A DNA stretch of 63,976 bases, filler included, from Folioceros fuciformis (GCA_049999805.1; 23 parts of 23 records of this genome joined end to end with filler, not necessarily neighbours in it); one strand, 5' to 3'. Positions 12,681 through 26,047 are shown, counted from the whole stretch's first letter. Numbers and translations: made by a program. The notes: generated by a model not told the origin, from the letters alone.

Positions 12681-14984
12681 TCAATCCAGCAAAGCCGACA
12701 ATAATTTGCGGGAATTGCTGGCAGGGGGAGTGAAACCCGGAAGCGACCGAATGTTTTTGTTATTTGGATTTACAATCTGAAAACCAAACCATCAAACCAT
12801 ATCAGCATCACCGAACAATGAGCTCGCACCCGACACAGACAAGGCTAATGCAGTCAACAGAAACCTTCACCAAACGGCAAGGCACGAGGGTACCTTGACA
12901 ACAATTATGGCGATTACTCCAGCGACGATCAGCAAAAGAAACAGCATAATACACTTGTCGGTAGCCAGCTGCACAAAGGCCACAACAGTTGCAACGAAAT
13001 GAGCACAACCACCGTCATCTACAGCCAATTCTCCATGCACCACAACAAATTCCCCCTGGTTTGCCTCATGCTCGCAACTTTGAGATTTCTCTGCCGAGAA
13101 GGGGGATATGACAGCATACATACCTGCCTACCGATTTCCTTCACAAGTTGTGAAGCTTTCTTTAAGGAGAAGGAAATAGTGTCAAGCTCATTCACAATCC
13201 TTCCCATTTGCTCCGTCTGTCAAGCAACGCAGTGAATTAGATGGGGCTAAAACTCTGTGCAAGCAATTCGGAATCCACGCAGCTAATAGACCAGCAATGA
13301 GAATGGATCAGGCCATCTCAAGGAGACTTCACATCAGACGCCTGGTAAACGGTAAATACCTGAGACTTAAGTGTCGAGGCTGTCTGCGCACCCACGTTGA
13401 TAGTGTCCTCCACAACCTGAAAAAAAAGTAGCCCACGCCTCAGACGACATTTTCCTACGCGTGCAGACCGTGCACTGAATTTGAAACAGCTTTCAACTTG
13501 CTCACTTTCTTAGCCCGGTCAATTGCTTGGTCAGTCTCATCCATTTGCTTTCTCCCACCATCAATTAACTCCTGATTCGACATTGCTACAAATTCAACAC
13601 GATCTATAAGCAAGCCACCTTTCCATAATCCTCGTGCAAACTGTGTCAAAGGCGAGTTCTATTTACGTCATAAACAACCAAAAGGACGAGCAGACCAACT
13701 TACTTGAAGCCATTCGAACATTAGGGTCAACCAAAGGTTCACCGCTCGTTCCTCCCTCCAACAACTGGTCCTTTTTGTTTCCCAGTGTACTAGTATACCT
13801 GCAACCAAACCCGATGAGATCACGAGAAACTCTGGGATACAATTTCATCATCCCATAATCAGGCACATAAACGTTGAGACGGCCACCACCAAATGTCACG
13901 AACCCTATGCTACAGTCGCAAATGACTCAATACTCGGTGACCAAAGCCCGACATTAGTTCACACTATAAAACGAAGCCGCAACAAAGTTCTCCAGACCTT
14001 ACAGGCGGGAAGCAATCGACCTTGCCCAAGGAGACTCTGCTAGACACATACAAGGTCTCACTAGTCTTGCAGAACCTACGGACAATCCGAGATTGTTCAT
14101 TAGGAGAAGGTAACCACCGTGGACTCGGATCAACTGTGTGTAGCCAATGTATATGGTGGAAAGTCAGATGACACTAACCATCATCTTCTAACAGGCCTTA
14201 ATATGGGCCCTATGCGGCAGAAACGTCCACCAGGGATAAGGAGACCACTGCTATGACTCAGACAGGGCCGTCCAAGACTGCAGACACAGGAACCAAATGT
14301 CGCTAACACATATGGTGGGAAGTCATCTGTCACTAACCATCATCTTCTAGCCAGCTTTCATCTAGGCCCTACGCGGCAGATAGTTCACCATAGATAGGGT
14401 GACCACTGCTAGACTCAGATAGGGCCCCCAGAGATTCGGAATTAACACGACCAGTGAAAGAAAAGTCACGGCAGAAGGGAGAACAGTACGTTTTCCTCAG
14501 GGCAACAAATGAGTTGAGCTCTTTAATCTGTACAGGCAACCAAGAACGTACTATAAATAGATCGCCATAGATTCATGTTGCAGAAAATTCAAGAACGAGA
14601 AAGGGACAGAGACGGTTCAAAGCAGACTTGACAAAAAAAAGTGGGAGACCATCCAGAGTACTCACGAGCGATTGCTTCTTCTCATTAAGTTGCTTGTTCA
14701 TCTCAGGAGGATTTTTAGAATCCTCTTCCTTGATCTCCCTATCGAATTCCTTGATGAGCCTGAGTACAACAATCCAGCACCAACAGCGTTGGCGGTAAGA
14801 AAGCAGCTGAAAATTCTAAGGCCTGAGAGTAAAGAGGCCTTCACAGGACGAGATTCGACGATCCGACATGCCAGATGTCAAGACGGCATACCTTTTGCAT
14901 TCACGCATTTTTGCCGTGAGCTCTTCGAGCTGCTTACTCTGTCTCTTTTCATCTTTGATCTTGTCCAATTTTTGGAAACCAGTC
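12681..14984 (-). CDS. NPSN: novel plant SNARE (NPSN11/12/13-like Qb-SNARE), multi-exon, first exon missing
   Basis: QSKQLEELTAKMRECKR, IKELNSFVALRKT, MSNQELIDGGRKQMDETDQAI, EQMGRIVNELDTISFSLKKASQLVKEIGRQVATDKCIM plus TM; stop at 12681. Confidence 0.95.
14136..14269 (-). ncRNA. candidate intronic box H/ACA snoRNA, copy A
   Basis: Hairpin GGCCCTGT...ATAGGGCC, H box ATATTA (14204-14199), second hairpin, ACA+3 nt; 134 nt; sense to host intron 14489-13799. Confidence 0.7.
14295..14426 (-). ncRNA. candidate intronic box H/ACA snoRNA, copy B (paralog of A)
   Basis: Hairpin GGCCCTAT...GTAGGGCC, H box AGATGA (14363-14358), hairpin GCTGGC...GTTAGC, ACATTT; 132 nt. Confidence 0.75.
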
Positions 14985-15314
14985 CTGGGCAAACGTCACA
15001 GAAAAGGGGTAAACCCTAGGGAACCACACAATTCCGGACGAAAAAAACTGACGCAGTCCATTCCATTCCATAACGGAAAGCGCTCACACATCCACCATGG
15101 AAACTTCGATCAGAAACTCCTTATAAAGGTTTGAGAGAAAACTAGCAGCTGAGACTTAAGCTAGACAGCCTCATATAATCAACTGCATTCTAGAACAGTA
15201 TGCAGCAAAAGACANNNNNNNNNNNNNNNNNNNNNNNNNNNNNNNNNNNNNNNNNNNNTTAATTAATTAANNNNNNNNNNNNNNNNNNNNNNNNNNNNNN
15301 NNNNNNNNNNNNNN

Positions 15315-18181
15315 GCTCCCACTTGGACTGCGGCGCTTCACAGTACGAGGAGGTGGACTCCTGCTGGGGCTCCTCCTCCTTCCAGCACGACTGAGGGGAG
15401 GGCTCCTGCTCAAACTTCTTCTTTGTCCACCACGGGGAGGGTGGGGAGGACTCCTGCTCAAACTCCTTCGTTGTCCACCACGAGGAGGCTGGGGAGGGCT
15501 CCTGCTCAAGCTCCGTCGTTGTCCACCACGGGAAGAGTGGGGAGGGCTCCTGCTCAAACTCCTCTGTCTCACACCGCGAGAACGTCGACGAGGGGGGCTC
15601 TTGCTTGGACTCCTCCGCCTTCCAGCACGAGGAGGGGGTGGGGCAGGGCTCCTGCTTGTACGACCTCGTCTTGCACCAGGAGGAGGAGGGCTCCTACTTG
15701 GACTCCTCCGTCTTGCAAGCACAGGAATCCGGACAGGACTCTTGCTTGGACTCCTCTTCCTTCCAGGAAGAGGAGGAGGGCTCCTGCTTGGACTCCTCCG
15801 CCTAGCGCGAGGAGGAGGAGGTGGGCTCCGGCTTGGCCGATTATGTCTCCCTCGGGCAGGAGGCAGGGTAGGAGGAGGGCTCCTGCTTGCACTCCGACGC
15901 CTCAACCTTGAAGGAGGCGGGCTCCTGGTCCACAATGCTTGACCCCATCAGATAAAAAGCTTTCAAAACCGATATACGGAACAACTAGCAAGTTAAGCTT
16001 CTGAAATTTACCTTCGCTGATCTTTGGCAGGCGAGGCTGATGAACTTGGAGACCGTCGCTTCCAAGGAGAGCGGGAACCAACTGGACGTTGGCGTCGTGG
16101 GGACGGTGATCGAATAGGAGACCGTCTCCGAGAACGAGGCGAACGTGGAGGAGGAGGAGAGCGGTTAGAGGGAAATTTCCTGCGGCGCGGAGGTGAGTAG
16201 GAATACATGGGAGATTTTCTTCGCCTCGGAGAAGACCGCACACCACGGGGTGATCTTGGACGCCTAAAGGGCGATCCCAAACGCCTCCTCCTCGGAGGCG
16301 ATCTGGAAATGCTTCGACGACGCCAAGGCATTGGAGACCTGAAAGGAAGTTCCATGCGAGCTCGAGGTCAGAAGCCATGAAGAATTACAATAAACAACCA
16401 CACTAGCACCGGTCAAGCTGAAAGAACAAAATACTTCTTAGCCAAGAATTAAAAATACCGATGAGGACTTGAAGATGGAGAACGAGATCTGGCAGGTGAC
16501 CTTGAGCGAGAGCCCCTACGTGTCCCAAACCTGACAACCAGGAAAAACTACATCTAACTCATCCACACAACGACGCAGAAAAGAGTTCTCATTGATACAT
16601 TACCTATTCCCCCTCCCCGCGTTTCGCCGCACTAGAGGTGACCGATCACTACCTCCCGCAGCTCCAACACCACTGCAAAGCCATACGCCGATCATGTACG
16701 TCATAATTCATGTCAGCTCAGCAGACAGATGCCACAAGACACCAATAGACGAGAAGGCAGAGCTGCCAACAACAGAAGACATTGCCGCTCACGCCATTCC
16801 CAACCCAAGAGGCAAACAACCATGAACTAGAAAGAAGCAGCGGAGTAGATTTGACTAGGAACTACACCGAGCTTCCACCCACAGTAGTATTCCTTGCTTA
16901 ACAGGAACCAAGCACAGAGTGATCAGCAGTATCGTCTAATTACTTGTTGTGTAAGCATGGTCATCCAGTTGGAATCATGGGTTTCATCAAGAAAGTAAGT
17001 TGTGTGGAAATTCAAGTGAGAACAAACCTACAAAACGATCAAAACCAAAGACAGCTTTGAGCTCCAGAGAAGAAGGAAACAAAAAGCAGGATCCCAAACA
17101 TCAGAGTGAGACGTCAGGGCGTAGCAGGCGAAGACCACACTTTCGACAGCTGCAAATTGAAGCAACAGGCAAAAGGCTTCTGGTGCCCTATATCCAGTGT
17201 ACACCCGGTTCAGCATCCCTCAGACAAGTAATACAAACCAGACGAGGTTGGACATAAGCCGTTGGAAATACCCATCTCTGCCACCATGATGCGGTTCATT
17301 GCCTGCTTCAGGCAGTTCCGTGTCACCATCCTGCCTTGGCGATGACTGACCGAACTTGGAGCCTGTAGTTCCCCCTTTGGCTGCCTCAGAAGTCGCATTC
17401 TGCAATCGCCAGAGCCAGAGTGAGATTGCTTGCTACCATGCAGAAACAAAAAAACGTTCATAGATGATACAAGAAAGCCAGTTCATGAGAAGGGTCAAGA
17501 ACAACCTTAGACGGGCGATTCTGGTCAGCTTCTTTCTCTTGTTCCTCTCGTTTGCGCACTTCAGACAGGATTCGCTGCTCTTCGTCCTGCCAAGAAGGAA
17601 CACATCAACTCAATGTCCGGCGGCTTTGCTGCGCTCACAAAAACAAGACCCCCGGAAGGAGAGCAAACTAGAAAATATGCATTCTTCATCACCCTGCAAG
17701 AGCATATCATGGTTCCCACCATAGTACACGAAGTTAGAAGTCAACAAACAGGCTTCCAGTATGTCAAGCGCAGGCAAACAAGAGAGACAAAGTTGAGGTC
17801 CTCAGTAACCTTTTTCTTTTTGGTCTCCTCGGCTTTGGCATCCAAAAATTGTTGAGGTATTCCACTCTGATTGCTCTGCGCACTGGCGAGAAGCCCCCAA
17901 AGCTCCTTCATGAACCGTCCAGCATTCTTCTCCATGAAACCAGTGATTTGAATTTGAATATGCTTTCCATCCACCTCCTGTTATGGGACATACCCAGTCA
18001 ATTCGGCGCACGAGGCTGGAAACCACACAGGCAGTGGAGGCGGGTTTAGAAGTCCAACCTTGCCATCCAGTAAACCGTAAATGAAGTTGATGAGCACCTC
18101 GTCCTCAAACCCCAGCAGTTCAGTCACTCGTGTGGCAATCCACGGGCGGATAACGTCCATCTTCACCTTGCTGACGTCCAC
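15315..18181 (-). CDS. SRRM1: SRRM1/SRm160-like PWI-domain Ser/Arg-rich splicing protein, internal part
   Basis: VKMDVIRPWIATRVTELLGFEDEVLINFI and IQIQITGFMEKNAGRFMKELW (PWI), then many RRRSPSRSPPP repeats; both ends truncated. Confidence 0.92.
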
Positions 18182-19050
18182 CTGCCGAGCCAGCCCACAC
18201 GGCAAACGGATGCCAAGCCCCGTCAGACCGCCTCCCCGGCCACGACCAAACCTCAGAAGCAGCACGGGCACAGGGACGGGGTCAGAAGAAGCTCANNNNN
18301 NNNNNNNNNNNNNNNNNNNNNNNNNNNNNNNNNNNNNNNTTAATTAATTAANNNNNNNNNNNNNNNNNNNNNNNNNNNNNNNNNNNNNNNNNNNNGCCTT
18401 GTGCTGGCGACGATGCAAATGCTTCATCCAAACCCTTCGCAAAGAAATTGCGCAGCGCGCGCGTCGAGCGGATCGTGGGGAGGCGGGAAGTCTGAGGACC
18501 CGGTGCCCGGCAGCAATCACAGTGGCAGAGCGTGCCAAAGCAGGAGGCGAACACGAAGACACAAAGAAGGTTATTTGCTGCTCTATTCCCACCCGTAGCC
18601 CTGTGGAAGGTACTCCCTTGAGTCGTGACGAGCCAACCCCACCTACTCCCGCCTGCGGCGACCGGTAGGCCATGACCTCTGACGGGTCGCCGCACGCGGG
18701 GTTGCCTGTTGGGTAGGCCTCCGAGACCCGTTCACCTTTCAGGAGATGGTTGTTGGTGAACTACGTTCTCTTCGATAGTTACCGAAACACGCGAGAAACT
18801 GCGATGTCCGACCTCGCAAACTACAGGAAACTAGGAATCTGGAGACAGCTTCTGAGCGCCAAAAATTGCGTTGAAGAAACGGAAAACCTGAGATTCCTCA
18901 CAACTTTCCTCATTCGCATGGAAACATCGAGGAGCTGACACTCCAAGGTACTACAGAACTAACCATCGATAGGACTCGATGGTACGTAGGCAAAATGACC
19001 GAGTAAAGCCCGGACTGAAACCAGCCTATCCGCCGGCGAGAGTTACTGAT

Positions 19051-20091
<1,041 letters not shown>

Positions 20092-20110
20092 TCATACTGT
20101 ACTTACCTCA

Positions 20111-20306
20111 AAAGCCCTAATTCTACCTGCTGAAAGTGGCTCGTCAATAATTCAGGAACCGGCCGTAAACAGAGACAAATTGTCTGTACATATTATACGT
20201 TGTTTTTTTCCATTTTGTTTTTCTAAAATGAATAAGACACATACTGACCGTATGTATTACAGAGATATGTGACCGTACGTATCCTTGGCCAGCTGGTAGG
20301 GCCCAC
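20111..20306. promoter_or_regulatory. ribosomal-protein-type promoter motifs: telo-box-like AAGCCCTAA and site II GGGCCCA
   Basis: AAAGCCCTAA at 20111 and GGGCCCA near 20300, upstream of RPL40. Confidence 0.4.
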
Positions 20307-20687
20307 AGTTACCATTTTTCCTGTGGCCTTTTTTCGCGTCAAGCCACGAGGGACGAGAACATACTCGGCTTCTTCACAGGAGGACCTCCCATCTGCGCCT
20401 CCAAATGTCTGCACTTCTTCCCTCCAGAATCCGCGGATGCAGCAGGAGCAGGAAGGGATTGGCGGAGGTGAGGTGCAGTGGTGAGGAGAGACNNNNNNNN
20501 NNNNNNNNNNNNNNNNNNNNNNNNNNNNNNNNNNNNTTAATTAATTAANNNNNNNNNNNNNNNNNNNNNNNNNNNNNNNNNNNNNNNNNNNNTACAATAA
20601 CACCACATGTCTTATCTTAGTGTTGGGTAAACTAGGTAAGACAAAATAAAGAAGAAATAAAATAAAATAAAATATAAATAGCAATAC

Positions 20688-21882
20688 CTGAGCATCAAGC
20701 ATTTTGGATGAGCCAAGCAGTAACCGGTCATATAACCTACTAACTTCTTCTTGCCATGTGACTAAGTCACTTTGATGGCGCTCTGCATTACTGGTGAATT
20801 TGTGAAATGCATTTTGGCTTTCACTTATAGATTTGAGGGCTGTATCTTGCACTTGCTTTAGAGCTAACAATATTGAATCTTGAGTCTCTGTTAAGATATG
20901 TTGATCACCCATTGATTTTTGTAAACCATTTGTGATTTCGATGGTTCTATTATGAAGCTTCGTAAGCTCGCTTGTCATGAATTCAGAAAGCTCTGCGTTG
21001 GTATTAGCTAAATTTTGTTGCGAACTTGTTATGGTCTACTACAAAAGAAGACTATCAAAATTCATGCCTTACATTCTATTGAAAGTAGTATAGTTTATCT
21101 AATGTCATTTAAGAATGAGTATGAAGTGAGTTGTTAATTTACCTTCAGATGTGCATGTGTGTTCTTTGCAATTTCTTCTAACTCACTTAGCGATTTGTAA
21201 AGTGAACTCTGCATTACGTTATGTTGATGATGCAGGTTTCTTTGGTATGACAATACGTTCTCTGATTTTTTTAAAATGTTATCAGAACTTTGTTCCATCT
21301 CCTCCAGCACTGTATCCAAATGACTTGCATCTTCTTTGATATCCTCCACTAATTTTGCTGTTTGGAGATTGAAAGCTTCACTTCTGTTACAAATTGAGTA
21401 AACCACACCATTAGACAAACACATTTGGTTACCATATGTATTTTTATTTATTTTTAAATGATTAAAATGAAGTACATCGTACTCTAGATAACTGCAAGTC
21501 TCCTCAATTTCCAGATAAAATGCTAAATAAATTTGGTGGTTGTGGTTACTAAGAATACTAATACATCTTAAAATAGCGATAGAGGAAGGACAATCAATAT
21601 CCTCTCTACCAGAGGAAAGTAAAAAACAATTCATGAGCTTAAAAGATAGCCTTGCTTTTTGCATTTCATCGTGTAAAATTGTGCGACAGTTTTTTAAGAA
21701 TCCTGCATAAGCAACATGGAAGCATATATTGCCGATGTTACGTCCACCGTGGTGTAAATGGAGCATATTCATAGCATTATTTTGGAGTGAAATTTGATCA
21801 GTATCTCGTTGAGACGCCCAACATACTATAAGAGAATTGATGTGCAATACACCGATGAGAATCCATGCACAATTCCATCTTT
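20688..21882 (-). CDS. GEX1: GEX1/Kar5/Brambleberry-like nuclear fusion protein, N-terminal part; exons 21882-21483, 21383-21143, 21035-20688
   Basis: Hydrophobic N-terminus, Cys-rich domain CF..AY....NC...KARLSFKLMNCFLLSSGR..C......C...L....HQIYLAFY.....C..L, then long coiled coils; frame kept across two GT-AG introns. Confidence 0.82.
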
Positions 21883-21982
21883 NNNNNNNNNNNNNNNNNN
21901 NNNNNNNNNNNNNNNNNNNNNNNNNNTTAATTAATTAANNNNNNNNNNNNNNNNNNNNNNNNNNNNNNNNNNNNNNNNNNNN

Positions 21983-22742
21983 GTTCCTGCCAGACTCATT
22001 TGCCTCAACCACAGATAAAACAGCAGGTCTGTACAAAAGCATTTGAGATTCTTTTCTTGCATCTCATGGGGCCATTGAAGCTAAATCTATCGGGGTTGCC
22101 GGGACCAGGACATCAAAGAATGTATTTCCAAGTGGAGGCTAGAGCCAGGGTACTTTTGTTTGATCACACCTCACTTTCTTCAGAGTATGTGGGGCCATCA
22201 CCTTTCCAATCTCGAAAGTCCCTGATTCCAAGGCTCCTAAGCCATGAGCAGCTTTGCGCCCCTCGATCTGCCCACTCCGGGGAAGGTGCCAGCAAACGAA
22301 ATGTGGATTCACGAGCGCCTAGAGCATATGCTTCTTGTTACACAGCCAGAGCATTACAGCTTGGTCTATTTGGCAGTGAGGTAAAGCAAACTACGATCAA
22401 CTCGTCTCTTGTTGCAGCTGATTGCGAAAGAAATTGTTGCAAGAATCTTACATACCATTGCGGCATGTGCAGGTAAATCCTGCTGATGGATGTACAAGCC
22501 ACTCTCATCTCCAGCCTGCTTCGCGTAGCCAGTCCTATCCCTCTGTTGTAAGGAGGGTTCTTTCAAGACAACACCGACATTCCTCCCCTTTCCATTCTAG
22601 CGATGTCCGCAGGTCGGGTACATTGGCTGTGCGGCGGGGGGAAGATTCTAGTGACAATTCTGACGGAGAAGATCATATTGTGGAAATTATGTCACCAAGC
22701 ACCCTCTTCCATCAAGACAGTGCAGCAGGTAGTAATGTGTGA
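21983..22742 (+). CDS. SOS1: SOS1/NHX7-like Na+/H+ antiporter, C-terminal tail exons (last exon 22473-22742)
   Basis: ARALQLGLFGSE (cf. RAMQLSIFGS), SQSYPSV, acidic DSSDNSDGED then HIVEIMSPS (cf. IVVRIDSPS) near the stop; only the tail is visible. Confidence 0.68.
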
Positions 22743-23223
22743 AATATCTGGCCAGCTATTTCTCCTCAAATCCGCTGGATGTGAGCCTGGTACTCCCAGT
22801 GAGCTGGTCGATGGATAAATGATTCTTGCTTGTGAGATTGGAGGAATGATAACTCTAGAGGTTCATTTTCTCCATCACAAACCAAACAGGCTGGAAGTGA
22901 GACAAAGTTCGGGATGGAGGGGAGTATCATCTGTTACAATCCCCCTCGCAAATCGAGCTGCATTTTGCAAGTGAAGCAGCAGGCGATGAAAGGTTATACC
23001 AGCCCTCAGATAGTATCCGCCGTCCTCGGCAGACAAGCAGTGCATATAAATAGATGTGTGTGTCTACGTCGATGTAGACGAGAAGGAATAAATATACCTA
23101 CTAGGCTTTGATTCAAGTACCTTTGAAGATTAGATTGTCGTTATCCATAGGCATCATCATTCTGAAACGAAGTTATAAATGACAATTTGTCCCACAATTA
23201 GCAAATGGATACAACCTGTTTAA

Positions 23224-23873
23224 CTAGATTTTATTATAATATCGGAGAATCGAACATATCACAAAAAACACCCATAAAACGAGAAAATACGCAGAAGAGA
23301 TCCAAGCCAGTGGCCTTGCCCCTCCAAACTCTCCACCCAATACAAACCTACGCATAGTCCACGCCAGCACACACAAGACGAAGACAACGAAATACAGAAC
23401 CAGAGAAAACCCAAGCCCACTGGTTGGAACGCGGAATGTGCTGTTCAGGACAGCCTGATTGTAAACAACGTGTGCCAACCACGGTATCCCGACACCAGCG
23501 TAGACGTTGATGGAGTTGCTGTAGGACGAACGTCTCAGTGAAAGGAAAACTGCCTTCCACAGACTAGACACACACAAAGCATCAGCGGGCTTACCTGCAG
23601 TTGACATTAGCAATAGCCGCATCGGCTGTGGAAGCAACTTTTGTTGAGATTTTGCTTGCCATGAGAACAGGCCACGAGCTGCCTGCTGCCAAAATGCTGA
23701 CCGCCAACGCATATTCGCTGATACCTGCGCGACGTGCGGGTGTACATGAAAAGCGCAGTGCAGCAAGCATGAACATTCAAAGCAGGGAGGACAATATTTA
23801 CCTGTCACGCATCCAAGAAGAGTGGCAAGATCAATCACCATGTCGGAGATGATGCTGATCAGAGCTATGGCGA
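23224..23873 (-). CDS. MHX: Mg2+/H+ exchanger (MHX; CaCA/NCX family), C-terminal 3 exons
   Basis: AAGSSWPVLMASK...[25 protein letters not shown]...RRFVLGGEFGG..AWISSAYFLVLW matches the MHX alpha-2 repeat and last TMs. Confidence 0.9.
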
Positions 23874-25352
23874 NNNNNNNNNNNNNNNNNNNNNNNNNNN
23901 NNNNNNNNNNNNNNNNNTTAATTAATTAANNNNNNNNNNNNNNNNNNNNNNNNNNNNNNNNNNNNNNNNNNNNGTCAAATGATGTCCTTTGAAAGGGTAG
24001 CACAGCGTACGTACTGCTCCTCAATTCCTAACCAAATGAAAAACACGTGAAGACTGCATTTATGTTGTACTGTTCTTCAATTCCTAACCAAAGAAAAAAC
24101 TGAAAAATTCTAGAAAAATCCAAGGACCATTCGTCCTGTCGAACGGTTGTGACGAGGTATGGCCTTCCTAAATATATGCTTTTCTCTCCTTTTTTTCTCG
24201 GATAAAATTTGCAATGATTAATCACAAAGATGGACAATTGGTTCCCACAGCCTATCTACCTCCACAAAAAGTCTTTTGCAATAGCATCTAACAACCTATA
24301 CCATAAGAGTAAGGCCTAGAGCTTTATGTTCCAAGTCGGACTTGGAGCATTTGGTAAAGTGTACCATACTCAAATTATTGTTGGGTGTATTGGCTACTGT
24401 AGCAAGTGATTGGCTGCTTGAGCTCACACACCAAATTCACTTTGTGCCTTAGCATCTTAAGTATCTCAATTGATGGAGACCATTAAATGCTTAGCTTTAT
24501 GGCTATCTTACATTCTTCTAGCACTCAACACCTCCAAACAACTCTTTTGGAGCATCTTGCATACACCACAACAACAAAGAGATGAAGATTAACTAGTTAA
24601 CTATGACATAGGTTATTCATTCTTCCCATTAATGTTATTAAAGGTGCTTATGGAATACCCATATGGACATACCATTCTCCATTAGGTTTTTCTTCGAATC
24701 GTATGTTTTACGTGAATATTCTATGGCATCTTCCACATACATACAAATTTTAGGGTTTTTTTCCTCTGTCATTGTCACTTCAGTGGACCAATCAAGAATC
24801 GACAAGAATCTTCTTTGGTCTAGAACTTTGTTTCTTCTCCATCAACAATTTTTTCTAGTCCATACCTTTCTTTCTTCACAAGCTTCATCTTGTATATTTT
24901 CTACCCCTATCATGCCTTGGATTTCATATTGTCATTCTTCCACACTTCACCCTAGAGCTAAACGGGCGGAGGGCATACATCTTGTCCCTGGGTATGGATG
25001 GTTTAGGACGAGGGTGCAAACTCTATATCTACTTTACGCATTAACATTGCAAATGCATAAGAGGCCTAAGCTTCAAGTCTTGGTATGCAAGTGCTCACTC
25101 TTCTCTCAGGATTTAGGGTTATGTTGGAAGCAAGGGCGCACGCATGGTTTGCAAAAAGGGTGTGTAATTCTCTTCAATCTTAGACTAGGGTCACAGTCTA
25201 GGAACGAATACATTGGGTTGCTTGCAAGAAGATGTATCATTCTCTTCAATCTNNNNNNNNNNNNNNNNNNNNNNNNNNNNNNNNNNNNNNNNNNNNTTAA
25301 TTAATTAANNNNNNNNNNNNNNNNNNNNNNNNNNNNNNNNNNNNNNNNNNNN

Positions 25353-26047
25353 CCGAGGAGAAGCAAGCTGCGGCAGAGGAGAGCCAGCCCACCAAGGCGC
25401 CTGCCAAGAAGGGCAAGACCAAGGCTGCTGCCGAAAAGCAGCAACACACGGCACCTTCCGTGGGCACCAGGTCGTCCAGGAGCGCGGAGGAGGGCAAGAA
25501 AGGGGCTGTCGCTGCTGTTACCACTAGAGGGAGGCCCACGAAGAAAATTGCGGACGCAAAGAAGGTGCCTGCGGAGGAGAAGCGGTCCTCTTCCAGGACC
25601 AGGAAGGCCAAGACCAACGGGGCTGCGGCCGCGGCTGCCGCAGCGGATGTGAAGGAGGTGCCTGCTGCCAAGCCCGTTGAGCGGAAGAAGACCTCCACGG
25701 CCAAGGCCAAAAAGGTGACCAAGGCCAATGGTGCAGACAGCGCCAAGGAGCTTCCTGCCAAAAAGGCCTTGGCCGTCAAGAAGACCCCCATCAAGGCCAA
25801 AAAGGCCACCAAGTCCAATGGGGCTCTGGCTTCGCAGGATGCATCCGCCAAGGGGGGTGCTGCTGCGGATTCCGGGAAGAAGCAGGCTGCCAAAAGCAGG
25901 AAGAAGCCCAAGAAAGAGGCAGCAGCCGACACCAAGGCCGCCCTTGCTGACAAGGAGGCTAAGAAACCAGGCCGGCCAAGAAAACGCGCTGCCGAGGCCC
26001 CCGCCGAGGTTCAAAAAGGTCAGAAGAGGAAGAAGGCAGCTTCATGA
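25353..26047 (+). CDS. Lys/Ala-rich chromatin protein C-terminus with AT-hook motifs (histone H1/HMGA-like), 5' truncated
   Basis: KKA/PAK-rich ORF with RGRP and KPGRPRKR; globular domain not visible. Confidence 0.7.

Noticed and set aside
23974-25252. 213-aa ORF and AT-rich contig
   Set aside because: Probably decayed transposon DNA, but I recognised no diagnostic motif
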